Shown one piece after another: positions 1 through 13,839 of a DNA stretch of 64,000 bases. Numbering within the stretch: position 1 is the stretch's first letter; each line of letters begins with the position of its first letter. Below the pieces are notes generated by a model. The model was given only the letters and a program-made list of their open reading frames with translations, made no database searches and was not told the origin of the DNA. This DNA comes from Eledone cirrhosa (taxonomy: Eukaryota). The position numbers and the translations under genes were made by a program. The stretch spans positions 23,622,001 through 23,686,000 of the forward strand of contig OZ024754.1 of NCBI GenBank assembly GCA_964016885.1, read 5' to 3'.

Positions 1-71
1 AAAACAGGAGAACATGATATGAAGGCTAAAAAACACTTGTGGATAGTGCAGTTTTAAATCAACATATCAAC

Positions 72-452
72 ATATATATATATATATACATACATATATA
101 CATATATATATATATACATATATATATACACACAAAAATACATATACATACACATAGGTATGTGAAGGGCAAAACAAAAAGAATATATGGGGGGGGGGCA
201 TAAGAGGAGGAAAAATATAAGGGGAGGTAAGGGAGAACATTTTTTTTAAATATACAAGAGTACAGAACGTAGAATCAGCAAAATAAAAACCGTAGCAGAA
301 GTAAAGAGCAGAGAAGGATACCTCCCCTTATATTTTTCCTCCTCTTATGCCCCCCCCCCCCCATATATTCTTTTTGTTTTGCCCTTCACATACCTATGTG
401 TATGTATTTTTGTGTGTATATATATATGTATATATATATATATGTATATATG

Positions 453-480
<28 letters not shown>
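72..480. repeat. Fold-back inverted repeat (arms ~72-229 and 319-~480, ~89-bp spacer)
   Basis: cataggtatgtgaagggcaaaacaaaaagaatatatgggggggggcataagaggaggaaaaatataaggggaggta recurs as its reverse complement from 319; the arms fade into (TA)n. Confidence 0.9.
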
Positions 481-487
<7 letters not shown>

Positions 488-571
488 ATGTGTGTGTATG
501 TATATGTGTATATATATGTATATTTATATTTGTGTGTGTATATGTATGTATATGTGGATAAACCAGGTTTT

Positions 572-631
572 TTTCATTCTGAAGATTGAAGGAAACATTT
601 TTTGCTTTTAAGAAACCTCTGGTGAATGGAA
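572..631 (+). ncRNA. Hammerhead ribozyme motif, probably inactive copy
   Basis: TTTCATT-CTGAAGA-stem II-GAAA-CC tct GG-TG-AATGGAA; the cleavage triplet is GUG (non-cleavable); lies in a ~100-bp direct repeat shared with 2437-2533. Confidence 0.65.
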
Positions 632-719
632 TAATTGCCTTATGTTGCTTTATTACTTTACTACTATATATACGTTTATGTAAGGTTCATTTGTCTTATC
701 TAAGACTGAGTTTTACACA

Positions 720-2340
<1,621 letters not shown>

Positions 2341-2448
2341 TTTATTTTATTTTATTTTTCCTTTCCTTCTCCCTTCTCCAGCCTCACTTTCATATAGATT
2401 GCATTTTTGTTTTTTTTAAATCCAAATTCAATAAACAAACCAGGATTT

Positions 2449-2508
2449 TTTCATTCTGAGGATTGAAAGCAAAACCTTTTGCTTTTAAGAAACCACTGGT
2501 AAATGGAA
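2449..2508 (+). ncRNA. Type I hammerhead ribozyme motif with intact core
   Basis: Stem I TTTCATT/AATGGAA, core CTGAGGA, stem II TTGAAAGCAAAA/TTTTGCTTTTAA, GAAA, stem III CC-act-GG, GUA cleavage triplet. Confidence 0.75.
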
Positions 2509-2538
2509 TAATTGCCTTATGTTGTTTATTACATAATA

Positions 2539-2599
<61 letters not shown>

Positions 2600-3371
2600 A
2601 TTAAAAGTAAACATAACAACACAATTGGTACAGTATATGGAAGGAATATATCAGGTTAACACTTGAAATAGCAGGAAGAGGGTCTTAACATTTACCCGAC
2701 AACCACTTCAACACCTATTAATCAGGTGAGCATGTCAGTCAGATTTTTATCCTCACCAGAAGATGAGAGAGTGACATTTGTAAACACACAATCCCCACCC
2801 CCTGGGGAAGAATGCACCTCCCAAAATAACCCAGTAGTTAGTGACATCATAGACTTAGATGAACTTGAAGACTGGGGAAAACCTGGAGGAGAAGGATATG
2901 GAACTTAAAGGACCCGTCAGCCAGTTCTAAATTTAGAGATATTTTGTTTGATCTTTACAACAGTAAAGAAGAACAAATAGAAACATACAATATAGGGGAA
3001 CAGTGGGAGTTCCTGAAAGAAACTTTGCTGAAGGTGTCAAACTAGATCTGTGGCTGGAGCAGGGCTTCAGAGAGAAGGAGAGTAACTTGGTGGTGAAAAC
3101 ACTAGGGTGGATGTGACAGTTAAGACCAAGAGACAGGCATGGAAAAATGGCAGAATGGGGTAAACTAGAGGGTACACTTCCAGGAAGCTAGGCAAGAAGT
3201 ATTCTTTGCAAGGAGGGAAGCAGAGAATATATAATTTCAGCTGGTTTTATCATCTGAGGACGAAATACATGAGATGTTCAGGATTGTGAGGCAGTGTGTG
3301 AGGGAAAATTGTGATGTTGGGGTAAAGTGTGTCCAGGATGATAATGGGGCACTTGCCCTCACTGATGCTGA

Positions 3372-3561
3372 ATAGGGTCAGCTGAAAAGTTCATAGGCAG
3401 ACCAAGATACTCTCATGGAATGACTAAATGAGGTTTATTTTTCAATATAGGAAACAACGCAGTTATTAATAAGACGAGTTGAAATTAAGGCAGGCAAGAT
3501 TTCACAGCTCTAGCATCATGCTATCATTGATAGTCTATGAACTTTTCAGCTAACCTTTGTA
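3372..3561. mobile_element. Mariner-like MITE inserted in the RTE
   Basis: TIRs agggtcagctgaaaagttcatag (3374-3396) and ctatgaacttttcagctaacctt (3535-3557), 21/23 match; right end ...ttgTA; splits the RTE peptide LTDAE / WKCLYERLL. Confidence 0.75.
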
Positions 3562-4204
3562 ACATGGAAATGCCTTTATGAAAGATTACTGAATGGGAAG
3601 AATGCATGGGAGGAAGATAGTCTACGGAAAGTGGGCCCAACAGAGGGTCCAGCCATACAAGTAAGCAGTGGCGTAGTAAGGTAATTAAGGATATGAAGAC
3701 AGAGAAAGTATCTTGTCCATTGGTGATAGTTGCTGAGATACTGAAAGTATCTGGGATGGTGGGTCACATCTTAACCACTGGTATCGTAAAGCAAGTAATA
3801 CAAAATGGCTCTGTAATTAACCCTCTTCTGTTTTTTATCATCCTGCAGGCTATTACATAAGAGTTTAAGACTGGTTGTCCATGGGAACTGCCGTATGCAC
3901 ATGATTGAACCCTTAATCTATGGTAAAATTAGAGGAGAAATTCCAAACCTGGAAGCATGGCTTAGAATGAAAATGTCTTAAAGTAATCTTGGCAAAATAG
4001 AAAGGAAAACAGGGCCTAGATCCCCCCCAAGAAAATTGCCGTGCTCAGTCTAAAGGAAAGGAGTAGGGAGAAATTCCAAACTATGGATAAACAAGAGATG
4101 TAGTGGGATCTAAGTGAGGTTAGCAAAATAATGTAAGTTTTGTATGTGCTTGATGCAGAAGAGCAATAAGTAGGAAGAGCTCACAAAAAAACAAGCTACT
4201 TTAA

Positions 4205-4425
4205 CCCTTTAGCATTTACATTACTCTATATATAGTATTATATTTTTGTGGTAAATACTTTATCTTACATATTTATCTCACATAATATCGAATCTATGAG
4301 ATTTTGATATTATTTATATTGAGAACAATACCTTAACGTCGGTATGAGTGGCCAGTTATGGCCGGTTTGAACAGAAAGATGTGAGAGTATTCTGGCTAGG
4401 TATGGCTGATTTAAATGTTAAAGGG
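4205..4425. mobile_element. piggyBac-like MITE (221 bp) with TTAA TSD
   Basis: TTAA(4201-4204) CCCTTTAGCATTTA...TAAATGTTAAAGGG TTAA(4426-4429); 13/14 TIR match; the RTE frame resumes across it. Confidence 0.9.
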
Positions 4426-5507
4426 TTAAATTTCCAGAAGACTCTGTAGAAACCGGTTCATAATTTCCGTTAACTTAATTAACCAAATTAATAGTGGAGG
4501 TGGGTGTTCTGAAGGTACAGGAGCCTGAGTGAGAATGGGACAGAACAAGTTTAGGGAACTACTACTACTGCTGCTAAAAAATGATTTCCCCTGAACGTGA
4601 AAGGCAGATTGTATGAAGTCTGTGTACGAACAGCAATGTTACATCGAAGTGAGACCAGGGCAATATATTCAGAGGACCTATAAAGACTGGAAAGAAATGA
4701 AGTTTACATGATCTGATAGATGTGTAATAGTGTGCATGAACAACAAGCATTAATAAACTGAGAGAGAAACTAGGCATAAGAGAAGTCAGATGCCGTGTAT
4801 AGGAGAGGAGATTGTGGTGGTTTGGACATGTGATGTATATGGAAGATGACAGCTGTATAAAAAGCTTGTCAAAGTCGATGTTAACTATGAAAGAGGAAGA
4901 CCTAGAAAAGCTTGGGATGAAATAATAAAAGCACACCTTGCCCAATTAAACCTCTCAATGGAAATGTCACTGGATCGAGACCTCTGGCGTCATGCTGTAC
5001 TGTAGAAGACCCCCCCCCCTCTCCTTGTGCGGAAAATGAAATAAAACAAACATGTAGAGAATACACTAGTCTGCACCAATCTTCTCTTCACCCCTCCCCA
5101 TTCATAAAACCCTGCCCTCAGCTGCTAAATATCGCTCACACCTCGTTGATGCTACAAAAATAAAAGCACACAGTCATCCTGTAAGGTAGTCATGCTGGTG
5201 ATACAACAACAAGTGTGCAGTTCACATTGTAACGTGTTTCGTAAGAAGGGCATCTAGCCTTAGAAACCAAAGCAAAATACACATCCATATGAGTAAGACC
5301 TGGTCTCCATACCTGACATGTCTCATAACGTGACAACCTGTTTAACACATGCAGGTCTGATAAAAATGAAAGTTAAATGATAATGATGACGGTATATATA
5401 TAAACAAACGTAACGTGGTAAACTACTAGGGGAGACAACTCCACCTCTGCTCAATTTAAATCCAATGTTAGTATGATTGAGCAGACCTATAATTAAAGTT
5501 GTTACAT

Positions 5508-5563
<56 letters not shown>

Positions 5564-6093
5564 ATATATATATATATATACATACACATACATACATGTG
5601 TGTGAGTAAACTGCAGAATATGGTCTTTGTTGTTGTAAGACAGTAGAGAGTGATATTTGACTGTTATTTCTACCAGGTCAAGTAACCAGGTAAGAGATTC
5701 CCTCGTTGATGCATAATAAATATTTCACTGAGTGATGCTGCTTGTTTTACCATGGGTTGGATACAATTGATGGAGTGAATTGATATAAGTGAAGGTCTTT
5801 CTGAAGGTATTAAATTATGTCAGGGACTTTTAACGTATAACACCGGTTTTATTTAAGAGCAGGGGAAACATTGTCAATGACACCACGTACCTGCTATCTT
5901 AATTATAACTTTAATTAATCTAATTACATCTTGTGTAGCAATTATCTCATGTTAAGGTGAAAGTTAATATTTTGTAGATAACATAGAGTGAGCTACATGT
6001 TCCAGGGTAGGTGTTCCATCACCTACATAATTAAATGTTTTATTTCATGAGAAACTACGCTACATCGTGAATTGGTTGTTCCACATTTTACAG

Positions 6094-6182
6094 GACAGTG
6101 AGAAATAGGTTTAAATCACCAACATATGAACAATTAGCTTTCCTGGTCTTTCTTGACTTTACACTTGGACTTGAAATATAAA
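6094..6182 (+). other. Putative 89-nt non-coding 5' exon of the ZNF gene
   Basis: ttttacag|GACAG...AAA|gtacgt; same splice sites and same length at 14525-14613 (+) and 59620-59708 (-). Confidence 0.65.
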
Positions 6183-6360
6183 GTACGTATTATTTGTATT
6201 GTTAACACAGCAGATATTGTGTACTTTTCTATACTCAAGGTAAAAACAATACTCATTTATTGAGACAAAAACACACACACACACTCTCTCTCTCTTACAC
6301 TTTCTTATACCGACATCAGTCTTACACAGTTATATATCTTCAGAACTTCGAAGAATTACG

Positions 6361-7170
6361 ATGGAGGACGTTAAACACTTGGACATTTCTACCACACCTG
6401 TTTCTACCAATATAGATACGGTTACACAGATATACAGTGGTGAGAAACCTTTACCTAGTGAAACATGTACTGAACAAGGATCATTATATAGAAATATTCC
6501 TGAATATAGCTGTGAGATTTGTAGGAAAACTTTCTCATCAGAAGATGAATTATCTACACACAAACACATACATATTAAAGACAAACCCTATCATTGTGAA
6601 GTATGTGGGAAATCTTTTACTGAAACTTCTCATCTTCGTGAACACATACGAAGTCACACAGGAGAGAAACCTTTTCATTGTGAAATGTGTGGGAAATCTT
6701 TCAGTCTGAATTCCAATTTTCTTAGGCATTTACGTAATCACAGTGGGGAAAAACCATTTCACTGTGAAATATGTGGGAAATCTTTCGCTGAGAAAGCTAA
6801 TCTTGTTAGACATATACGTATTCACACTGGAGAGAAACCTTTTCACTGTGAAATATGTGGGAAATATTTTGCTGATAGTGCTGTTCTTATAGGTCACAGA
6901 AGAACACACACTGGAGAGAAACACTTCCATTGTGAAATATGTGGGAAAGCATTTGTAACAAGCAGCAAGTTAACTATACATAAAAGAACACACACTGGAG
7001 AGAAACCCTATCATTGTGAAATATGTGGAAAATCTTTTGTAACAAGCAATTATTTAACTATACATACAAGAACACACACTGGAGAGTGTCCCTATCACTG
7101 TGAAATATGTGGGAAATCTTTTATAAGAAATTGTTATTTAACTGTACATAAAAGAACACACACTGGTTAG
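6361..7170 (+). CDS. C2H2 zinc-finger protein, 8 tandem fingers (2 more in frame after the TAG)
   Basis: 269-aa ORF with CxxC-12x-HxxxH repeats and TGEKP linkers; candidate acceptor cttcag just upstream of the ATG. Confidence 0.9.
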   Translation: MEDVKHLDISTTPVSTNIDTVTQIYSGEKPLPSETCTEQGSLYRNIPEYSCEICRKTFSSEDELSTHKHIHIKDKPYHCEVCGKSFTETSHLREHIRSHTGEKPFHCEMCGKSFSLNSNFLRHLRNHSGEKPFHCEICGKSFAEKANLVRHIRIHTGEKPFHCEICGKYFADSAVLIGHRRTHTGEKHFHCEICGKAFVTSSKLTIHKRTHTGEKPYHCEICGKSFVTSNYLTIHTRTHTGECPYHCEICGKSFIRNCYLTVHKRTHTG

Positions 7171-7350
<180 letters not shown>

Positions 7351-7711
7351 TGAAATATGTGGGAAATATTTCATTAGTAACAGTGAATATAAGGAACAGA
7401 AAATAACACACAATGGTGAAAAAGTTTTTAATATGTGGGAAATCTTTTTCTCTAACAATTACTTAGACACAAACACTCAGAGGAAGGAAAGTTTTTAACT
7501 CTGAAATATGAGACATCCTTCCTCTTACAAATCTAAACTTATTTTCCACCAATATCAAATGTGAATACTTGGCAGTTTGATAGACTCCAAATATTGCTGG
7601 CCATTTTTACAAATATATTTTCATTTGAAATTCAAATCTTTCTCTGATCTATTCTTGACTTTTTGAATTAATTTTAAATCTATGCCAGACATTTCAGCAT
7701 TGGTTTGTCAA

Positions 7712-8010
7712 CACCAACATTCCCTGCTATAGTGTGTGTAATTAAGGGACCATCTCTCACCTGAGATAATGTCTTGTCTGCTATGAAAAATTTTAGATGC
7801 CTACACTAACATTCCCTGCTATAGTGTGTGTAATTAAGGGACCTTCTATCACCTGAGGTAATGACTTCTCTGCCATGATAAATGTTAAAGGCCTACACCA
7901 ACATTCCCTGTTGTGGTGTGTAATTGAAGGGCCCTATATCACATGAGGCAATCCTGTGTGTGTCTAGTCTCAGAAATTTTAAAGGGTAACACCAACATTC
8001 TCTCTTATAA
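7712..8010. repeat. ~92-bp tandem repeat, ~3.3 copies, 3' of the ZNF gene
   Basis: caccaacattccctgctatagtgtgtgtaattaagggacc recurs at ~7712, 7804, 7896 and 7990. Confidence 0.85.
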
Positions 8011-8225
8011 TAATTGAAGGAGTAGTTTTTACCTGTTTTTCTTTTCCTTTCTGACTCCTTTTTTTTATTGATTTCATACTTTTGTAAACGATTTATTAAT
8101 TTTTCATAATTAATTTGATGAAGTGTATTTATGTCCTAAATTTCATTCTATTTGTTGTTAATAAAATAATTATATTTAAGGAATTTATCAAGTCTGTAAC
8201 TTCAACTTTTTGTTATTTCCTCAAC

Positions 8226-8365
8226 TAAATCTCTGTTATTAACACCATATGTAATGATATCATCTTGTAAGTAGTTTTAATACATCTAACACCCATCTAA
8301 ATCTCTGTTATTAACACAATATGTAATGATATCATCTTGTACGTAGTTTTAACACATCTAACACA
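8226..8365. repeat. ~72-bp tandem duplication
   Basis: taaatctctgttattaacac..atatgtaatgatatcatcttgta..tagttttaa.acatctaacac occurs twice. Confidence 0.85.
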
Positions 8366-8584
8366 AACACTTCAATATTGTTTAAAATCATTGAAATTCT
8401 ATCACTCTTCTTATGTTTTACAACTGAAATTTAGAAATTTGACAATATCCTGGTTATAGGGCCACTAACTTTTGTGATATCATTGTTTCCCTAAAGTAAC
8501 AAGAAAAATTAAAACTTAGTCACAAAAGATCACAAACTGTTGAAGTATTAGTTGTTTGTTGTTGAACTTGTAGTAAAGCAGATT

Positions 8585-8960
8585 TCTGGCATTCTTGGTC
8601 CCTATACCACCTCCCTACTGACTGTTATCAGGGTTGAGTTAGCCACCCACAGGAGTGTCTTGTTAAATTATAGTGGTGGAGACAATTGTAAGACTTGGTC
8701 CCTAAACCACCTCCCTACTAACTGTTATCAGGGTGGAATTAGCCACCCACAGAAGTGTCTTGTTAAACTATAGTGGTAGAGACAAATGTCAGACTTGGTC
8801 CCTAATCCACCTCCCTATTAACTATCAGGGTGGAGTTAGCCACCCACAGGAGTGTCTTGTTAAACTATAGTGGTGGAGACAATTGTCAGACTTGGTCCCT
8901 AAACTACCTCCCTATTAACTGTTATCAGGGTGGAGTTGGCCACACTCAGGAGAGAGCCCC
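8585..8960 (+). repeat. ~100-bp tandem repeat (~3.5 copies) partly derived from a CRE retrotransposon endonuclease region
   Basis: Unit starts cttggtcccta..ccacctcccta; translates SGILGPYTTSLLTVIRVELATHR, similar to SGVPCLRPTSLLTTIGAELASRR in the CRE element at 24.9 kb. Confidence 0.75.
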
Positions 8961-9214
8961 ACAAGTTTTAAAAGCTATTTCAACACATCTCACTTGCTGC
9001 CCCCCCAGGGTAACCCCATTCTGTCCTCTCCTGGATCCACAAGGTAGCTGGTACCTAGTCTTCTCCATGCCAGCGAGAATTCTCCCACACTGTCCAGGTT
9101 TGTATCATTGGGGTTTACTGATTGTTGTTAGTCACAGTAAATTATAAGAAATGTTTCAAGAAATATGAAGCAACAAATATTATTTGCTAAAACTAGTTAA
9201 ATCTGTTGATTTGT

Positions 9215-9425
9215 AAGTTAGGCTCAAGAGCATCAGATTTAGGAGAGGGGCAAAGTTGATTAAATCAACCTCAATAAATGACTGGTAATATATTTTATCA
9301 ACTCTAGAATGTTGAAATAATTATTTGACCTTGGCAGGATTCGAACTTAGAATGTTAAGAACCAGAACAAATACTGCAATGATATTTTATCTGATGCTCT
9401 ACCAATTCTGCCATTCTACCATCTT
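9215..9425 (-). mobile_element. Diverged tRNA-derived SINE
   Basis: ggcaggattcgaactt (B box on the minus strand), ctctaccaattctgcca (A-box region), actggta..ttttatcaac core as in the other copies. Confidence 0.65.
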
Positions 9426-9595
9426 TGTTTAAATCTATATTAAAATAAATGTAGAATATGTCCATCTACCATTTGAAATTCTACTGAGAAAGGCCCCAGA
9501 ACAACACAGTAGTGTTTCAATAGAACGCAGACACACAAACATTTTCTTCACTGTAATATCAATTCTCAATTTTTAAATATACTTCAAGAATTACT

Positions 9596-9992
9596 ATGGA
9601 GGACGTTAAACAGTTGGACATTTCTAACACAGCTGTTTCTACCAATATAGATACAGTTACTCAGACATACAGTGGTGAGAAACCTTTACCTAGAGAAACA
9701 TGTACTGAACAAGGATCATTATACAGAAATATTCCTGAATATAGCTGTGAGATTTATAGGAAAACTTTCTCATCAGAAGATTAATTATTTACACACAAAC
9801 ACATACATATTAAAGACAAACCCTGTCACTGTGAAATATGTGGGGAATCTTTCACTGAAAAAACTAAATTTGTTAGACACTTATGTAGTCACACAGGAGT
9901 AAAACCCTGTCACTGAAATATGTGGGAAATATTTTGCTTCTAACAGTAATTTAACTGTATACAAAAGAACACATACTGGACAAAAACCCTAT
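9596..9992 (+). pseudogene. C2H2-ZNF paralogue pseudogene, truncated
   Basis: N-terminus nearly identical to the 6361 ORF (MEDVKQLDIS...), TAA after SSED, a further stop and frameshift, then an abrupt switch to unrelated sequence. Confidence 0.85.
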
Positions 9993-10214
9993 TGCTCTCA
10001 ATTCGGAGAAGTAGCAGGTCAACCTTAAGCAACTCTATGAGCTATGTACTCTATTTAATAACATTATTCCAAGGACCCCATTTCAGCCACTTGTATTCGT
10101 GATCATATTCTTTCAGCCATCACTCGTGGACATGGCCCTGAAATACTTGCTTCAGTGGAACTCCATTCACATGTAAAGTGCACGGTGCAGGCTTCCTTGA
10201 GAGGATGAGTGTCT

Positions 10215-11890
10215 CAGTTTTTGCAGCACTGATTTTCAATCAAGCCATGAACACACAAACATGGATGACTTGTCCACCATTGAAGAGACCACCAAAGCTA
10301 TAGAGCTGCTAAGGAGTGGCAAAGCTGCAGGAGTTGAAGGAATTCCACATAAGATGTTGAGACATGAGAGCCCAGCATTACATGTGAAACTCCACAAGAT
10401 CTCTGTAGTAAAATCATCACCCTGTACAAGAACAAAGGGACAAAGTTAGATTGCTGAAATTACCAGGGAATATTCTGCTCTTTGTTGTGGGAAGATGTGG
10501 AAGATTAGTGGCCCAGCACTACATGTAAAACTCCACAAGCTCTTTGTATGTTACAGGGAGCAGGGCAATCTACCATAAGATCTCTGTGATGCAGTCATTG
10601 TCACCCTGTACAAGAACAAAGGAGAAAAGTCAGACTGCTCAAATTACTGGGGGGTTACTCTGCTCTCTGTCATGAGAAGAATCCCTATAAAGATGCTGGT
10701 ACCTACCATTGCAGAATAACACCTCCCAGAGAGTCAGTGTAGCTATACAAAGTCAACAACAACACCATAGACATGACAATAACACCTCCCAGAGAGTCAT
10801 TGTAGCTACAAAGTCAACAAGAACATCACAATAACACCTCCCAGAGAGTCAGTGTAGCTACAAAGTCAACAACGACATCACAATAACACCTCCCAGAGAG
10901 TCAGTGTAGCTTCAAAGTCAACAACAACACGATAGACAAGGTGTTCATTCTCGGGAAGCTTCAAGAGAAGTGCTGAGAGCAAAAGGGCTGTATGTGGTGT
11001 TTATTGACTTTACTAAAGCATTCAATATAGTGAGCAGATACTGGAATGACTCATTTGTCCCCTGAAGTTCCTGAACATCGTCATCCAGCTACAGGAAGCC
11101 CAGTGTGGTCAAGTCAGACTCAACAGTGACCTCTCAGAACCCTTCCCAAACATCAACTGAGTGAAGAAGGGTTGTGTCCTAGCACCAACTCTCTTTAGCA
11201 TGATGTTCAAGCAAGCCACAGATGATATTGATACCATCTTGCTGGCAGCCTGTTTAATCTTCCTCAAACCCAGGCCCACATGAAATTCCCTGGAGCAACA
11301 GATCAGACCTCTTCTTTGCAGACGATGCTGCTCTTGTTGGCCTCACAGAAAGAGCCTTACAACACATCACTTCCTGCTTCACAGAAGCTACCCAGCTCTT
11401 TGGGATGTCAGCTTAAAGAAGATAGTTGTACTCCACCAGCCTACACTTCAGGAAGAGTACCTCCCTCCATATACCGATTGGTGAGACTGAAGTGAAAAAT
11501 GGTTCATCTGCTCACCAGCCTGGGGTGCACCATCACGTCGCATCTCAAAATCGACAGGTAACAGACTGGCAAAGGTGAGCAGTGCATTTGGCAGACTGTA
11601 CAAACCTGTGTAGAATAATAAACACCTGAAGAAGGGTACCAAGATCAGATTGTTCAGAACCATAGTCCTTCCCAGCTTCCTATATGGCTTAGAGTTGTGG
11701 GTCACTTAACATCACCACCTTCGTCTCCTTGAGTGCAGCACCAAGCTGGGCAGGGTACATCTCCTGGACGAAGGATCTGCCCAGGATCATGCTCTACGGT
11801 GAACTCTCCACTGGTCATTGTGACAGGGGGCCACTAAGGAAGCAATACAAGGACTGTTTGAAAGAATTCCTTGTCACATCGACCATGATA
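10215..11890 (+). mobile_element. Decayed RTE (BovB-like) LINE with an internal ~55-bp tandem expansion
   Basis: LRSGKAAGVEGIP, LYKNKGEKSDCSNY, FIDFTKAF, LFADD, WAGYIS..LPRIMLYGEL motifs in broken frames; aataacacctcccagagagtcagtgtagct x4 at ~10715-10935. Confidence 0.85.
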
Positions 11891-12054
11891 AATTTTATTG
11901 AGTTACAGATGGAGATATAAATATATATACAAACAAACAACGGATTAACACTACCAGGGGAAACAAGCTCACCATGGCATAATTCAAGTCCCAGATTAGT
12001 ATGATGGAGTAAGCATATATTTTAATATTTGAAATTATTTTAGCTGTACCCATC

Positions 12055-12101
<47 letters not shown>

Positions 12102-12139
12102 ATTAAATAAATGGAAAACTATATTTATAAAACCATATC

Positions 12140-12205
12140 TATTTCATTATATATATTTCGGGGATATCATATTAACAATATGCTATGCCTTCATCAGACA
12201 AAATA
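12140..12205 (-). ncRNA. Minimal type I hammerhead ribozyme (inverted copy)
   Basis: Exact reverse complement of 13613-13678. Confidence 0.75.
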
Positions 12206-13612
12206 CAATATAAACAGTTTTATAGATAAATAGATTCGACATACCGTTATAACACCGACTTCATTTGAAGAGGTTTAAGCTGGCAGTGAAAAAATTTTAC
12301 ACAGAGAGAAAGAGAGAAAAAAGAAAGAAAGACAGAAAACGAAGAAAAGGAAGAAAAAGAAGAAATGCATGGAACAAAATAGAGAGATGGAAAAGCGAAG
12401 AACTTCATGTAAAGAAACAGAAAGAGATATATATATATAGAGAGAGAGGAAATAGAGATAGATACATATATATATAGAAAATTAGGTAGTGGGAGGTCAT
12501 TTTGAGTAAATGTATCAATGATACATTTATTTATTTATTTATTTATTTAGCTCAAGTATTAATGTAAGGGAGATATATAGAGAGAGAAAAAAAATATAGA
12601 GAGAGGAAAAAAAATTTAAAAATATCCAGATATATTCGAGGCGTAAAAACCCTATGTTTTAATGTATTAGTATTTATAAAACTTACACTATATTGTAAAT
12701 ATCAGTATTCCTGAATGAGACAAGTATCCATAGTGTGTGAAAATTAATTATCTTATGTTTAGTTTTAAAAAATTCATATGTTTATGTGACAGCTACAAAC
12801 ATCCATGCGAATCCAACTGATTCACTCTGCAAACTCTAAGTTCACGGAAAACATTCTCAATGTGGTATAAAAATTTGAGCATACATATATGTGTATTATT
12901 ATTCCTGTCATTACTCTACAAGATTATCTATCAAGCAGAAATAGAGAGCAGATTTCAATATACTAATAAAAATATATATCATAAACAAAAATAAAAAGAT
13001 AACAATAATAATAATAATAAGTAAAAATAATAAAATAGAAAACTAAAAAAATATAAAAAAATATTACGAAAGAATATTACATAATAAAAATATTACATAT
13101 TAAAAATATTACGTATTAAAAATTTACATATTAAAGATATTAAAAATAAAATAAAAAATAAAAAATATTATAGAATACTACAATAATAAAAAATAAAAAT
13201 AAAAATTAAAATTAAAATAAAATAAAATAAAAATTAAAATAAAATAAAATAAAAATTAAATTAAAATAAAATAAAAATTAAAATAAAATAAAATAAAATT
13301 AAAATAAAAAAAAATAAAAATTAAAAAATAAAATAAAATAAAAATAAAATAAAATAAAAATTAAAATAAAATTAAATAAAAATTAAATTAAAATAAAATA
13401 AAATAAAAATTAAAATAAAATAAAATAAAATAAAATAAAAATAAAAAATAAAAATAAAAATAAAAATTTCTTCGTTTTCTGTCTTTCTTTCTTTTTTCTC
13501 TCTTTCTTTCTCTCTGTGTAAAATTTTTTCACTGCCAGCTTAAACCTCTTCAAATGAAGTCGGTGTTATAACGGTATGTCGAATCTATTTATCTATAAAA
13601 CTGTTTATATTG

Positions 13613-13678
13613 TATTTTGTCTGATGAAGGCATAGCATATTGTTAATATGATATCCCCGAAATATATATAATGAAATA
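13613..13678 (+). ncRNA. Minimal type I hammerhead ribozyme
   Basis: Stem I TATTTTGT/ATGAAATA, CTGATGA, long imperfect stem II, GAAA, palindromic stem III TATATA, AUA cleavage triplet. Confidence 0.75.
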
Positions 13679-13839
13679 GATATGGTTTTATAAATATAGT
13701 TTTCCATTTATTTAATATTGTAAATATACTCCAAATATTTGTCGAGTGCTTTTATATCAGTTATAAATATTTACTAGTTGTAACCCAACAATTTTAAATA
13801 TAACTTTCCATATATATATATATATATATATACATACAT

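Larger units (their letters stand above)
2890..5392 (+). mobile_element. Decayed RTE-clade LINE with two nested MITEs
   Basis: Broken frames match the better RTE copies in this window (LKDP, WEFLK, CGWSR, WKCLYERLL, FKTGCPWEL, WFGHVM); 3' UTR has gaagggcatc and an ATG-repeat tail. Confidence 0.85.
12096..13810. mobile_element. Non-coding fold-back element, probably Penelope-derived, with inverted hammerhead-bearing arms, set in (TA)n
   Basis: Arms 12096-12347 and 13467-13722 are near-perfect reverse complements; the interior includes an (AAAAT)n tract; (TA)n on both sides. Confidence 0.8.

Noticed and set aside
2725-2770. Additional minus-strand hammerhead (ctggtga ggat aaaa atct gac)
   Set aside because: Both conserved core boxes are altered and stems I and III are not evident
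7712-10935. Regularly spaced repeats as a CRISPR-like array
   Set aside because: Whole units are repeated with no unique spacers, there are no cas genes, and the context is eukaryotic
12265-12477. Lys/Arg-rich ORF as a protamine-like protein
   Set aside because: Low-complexity (GA/AAAG) tract within the fold-back arm
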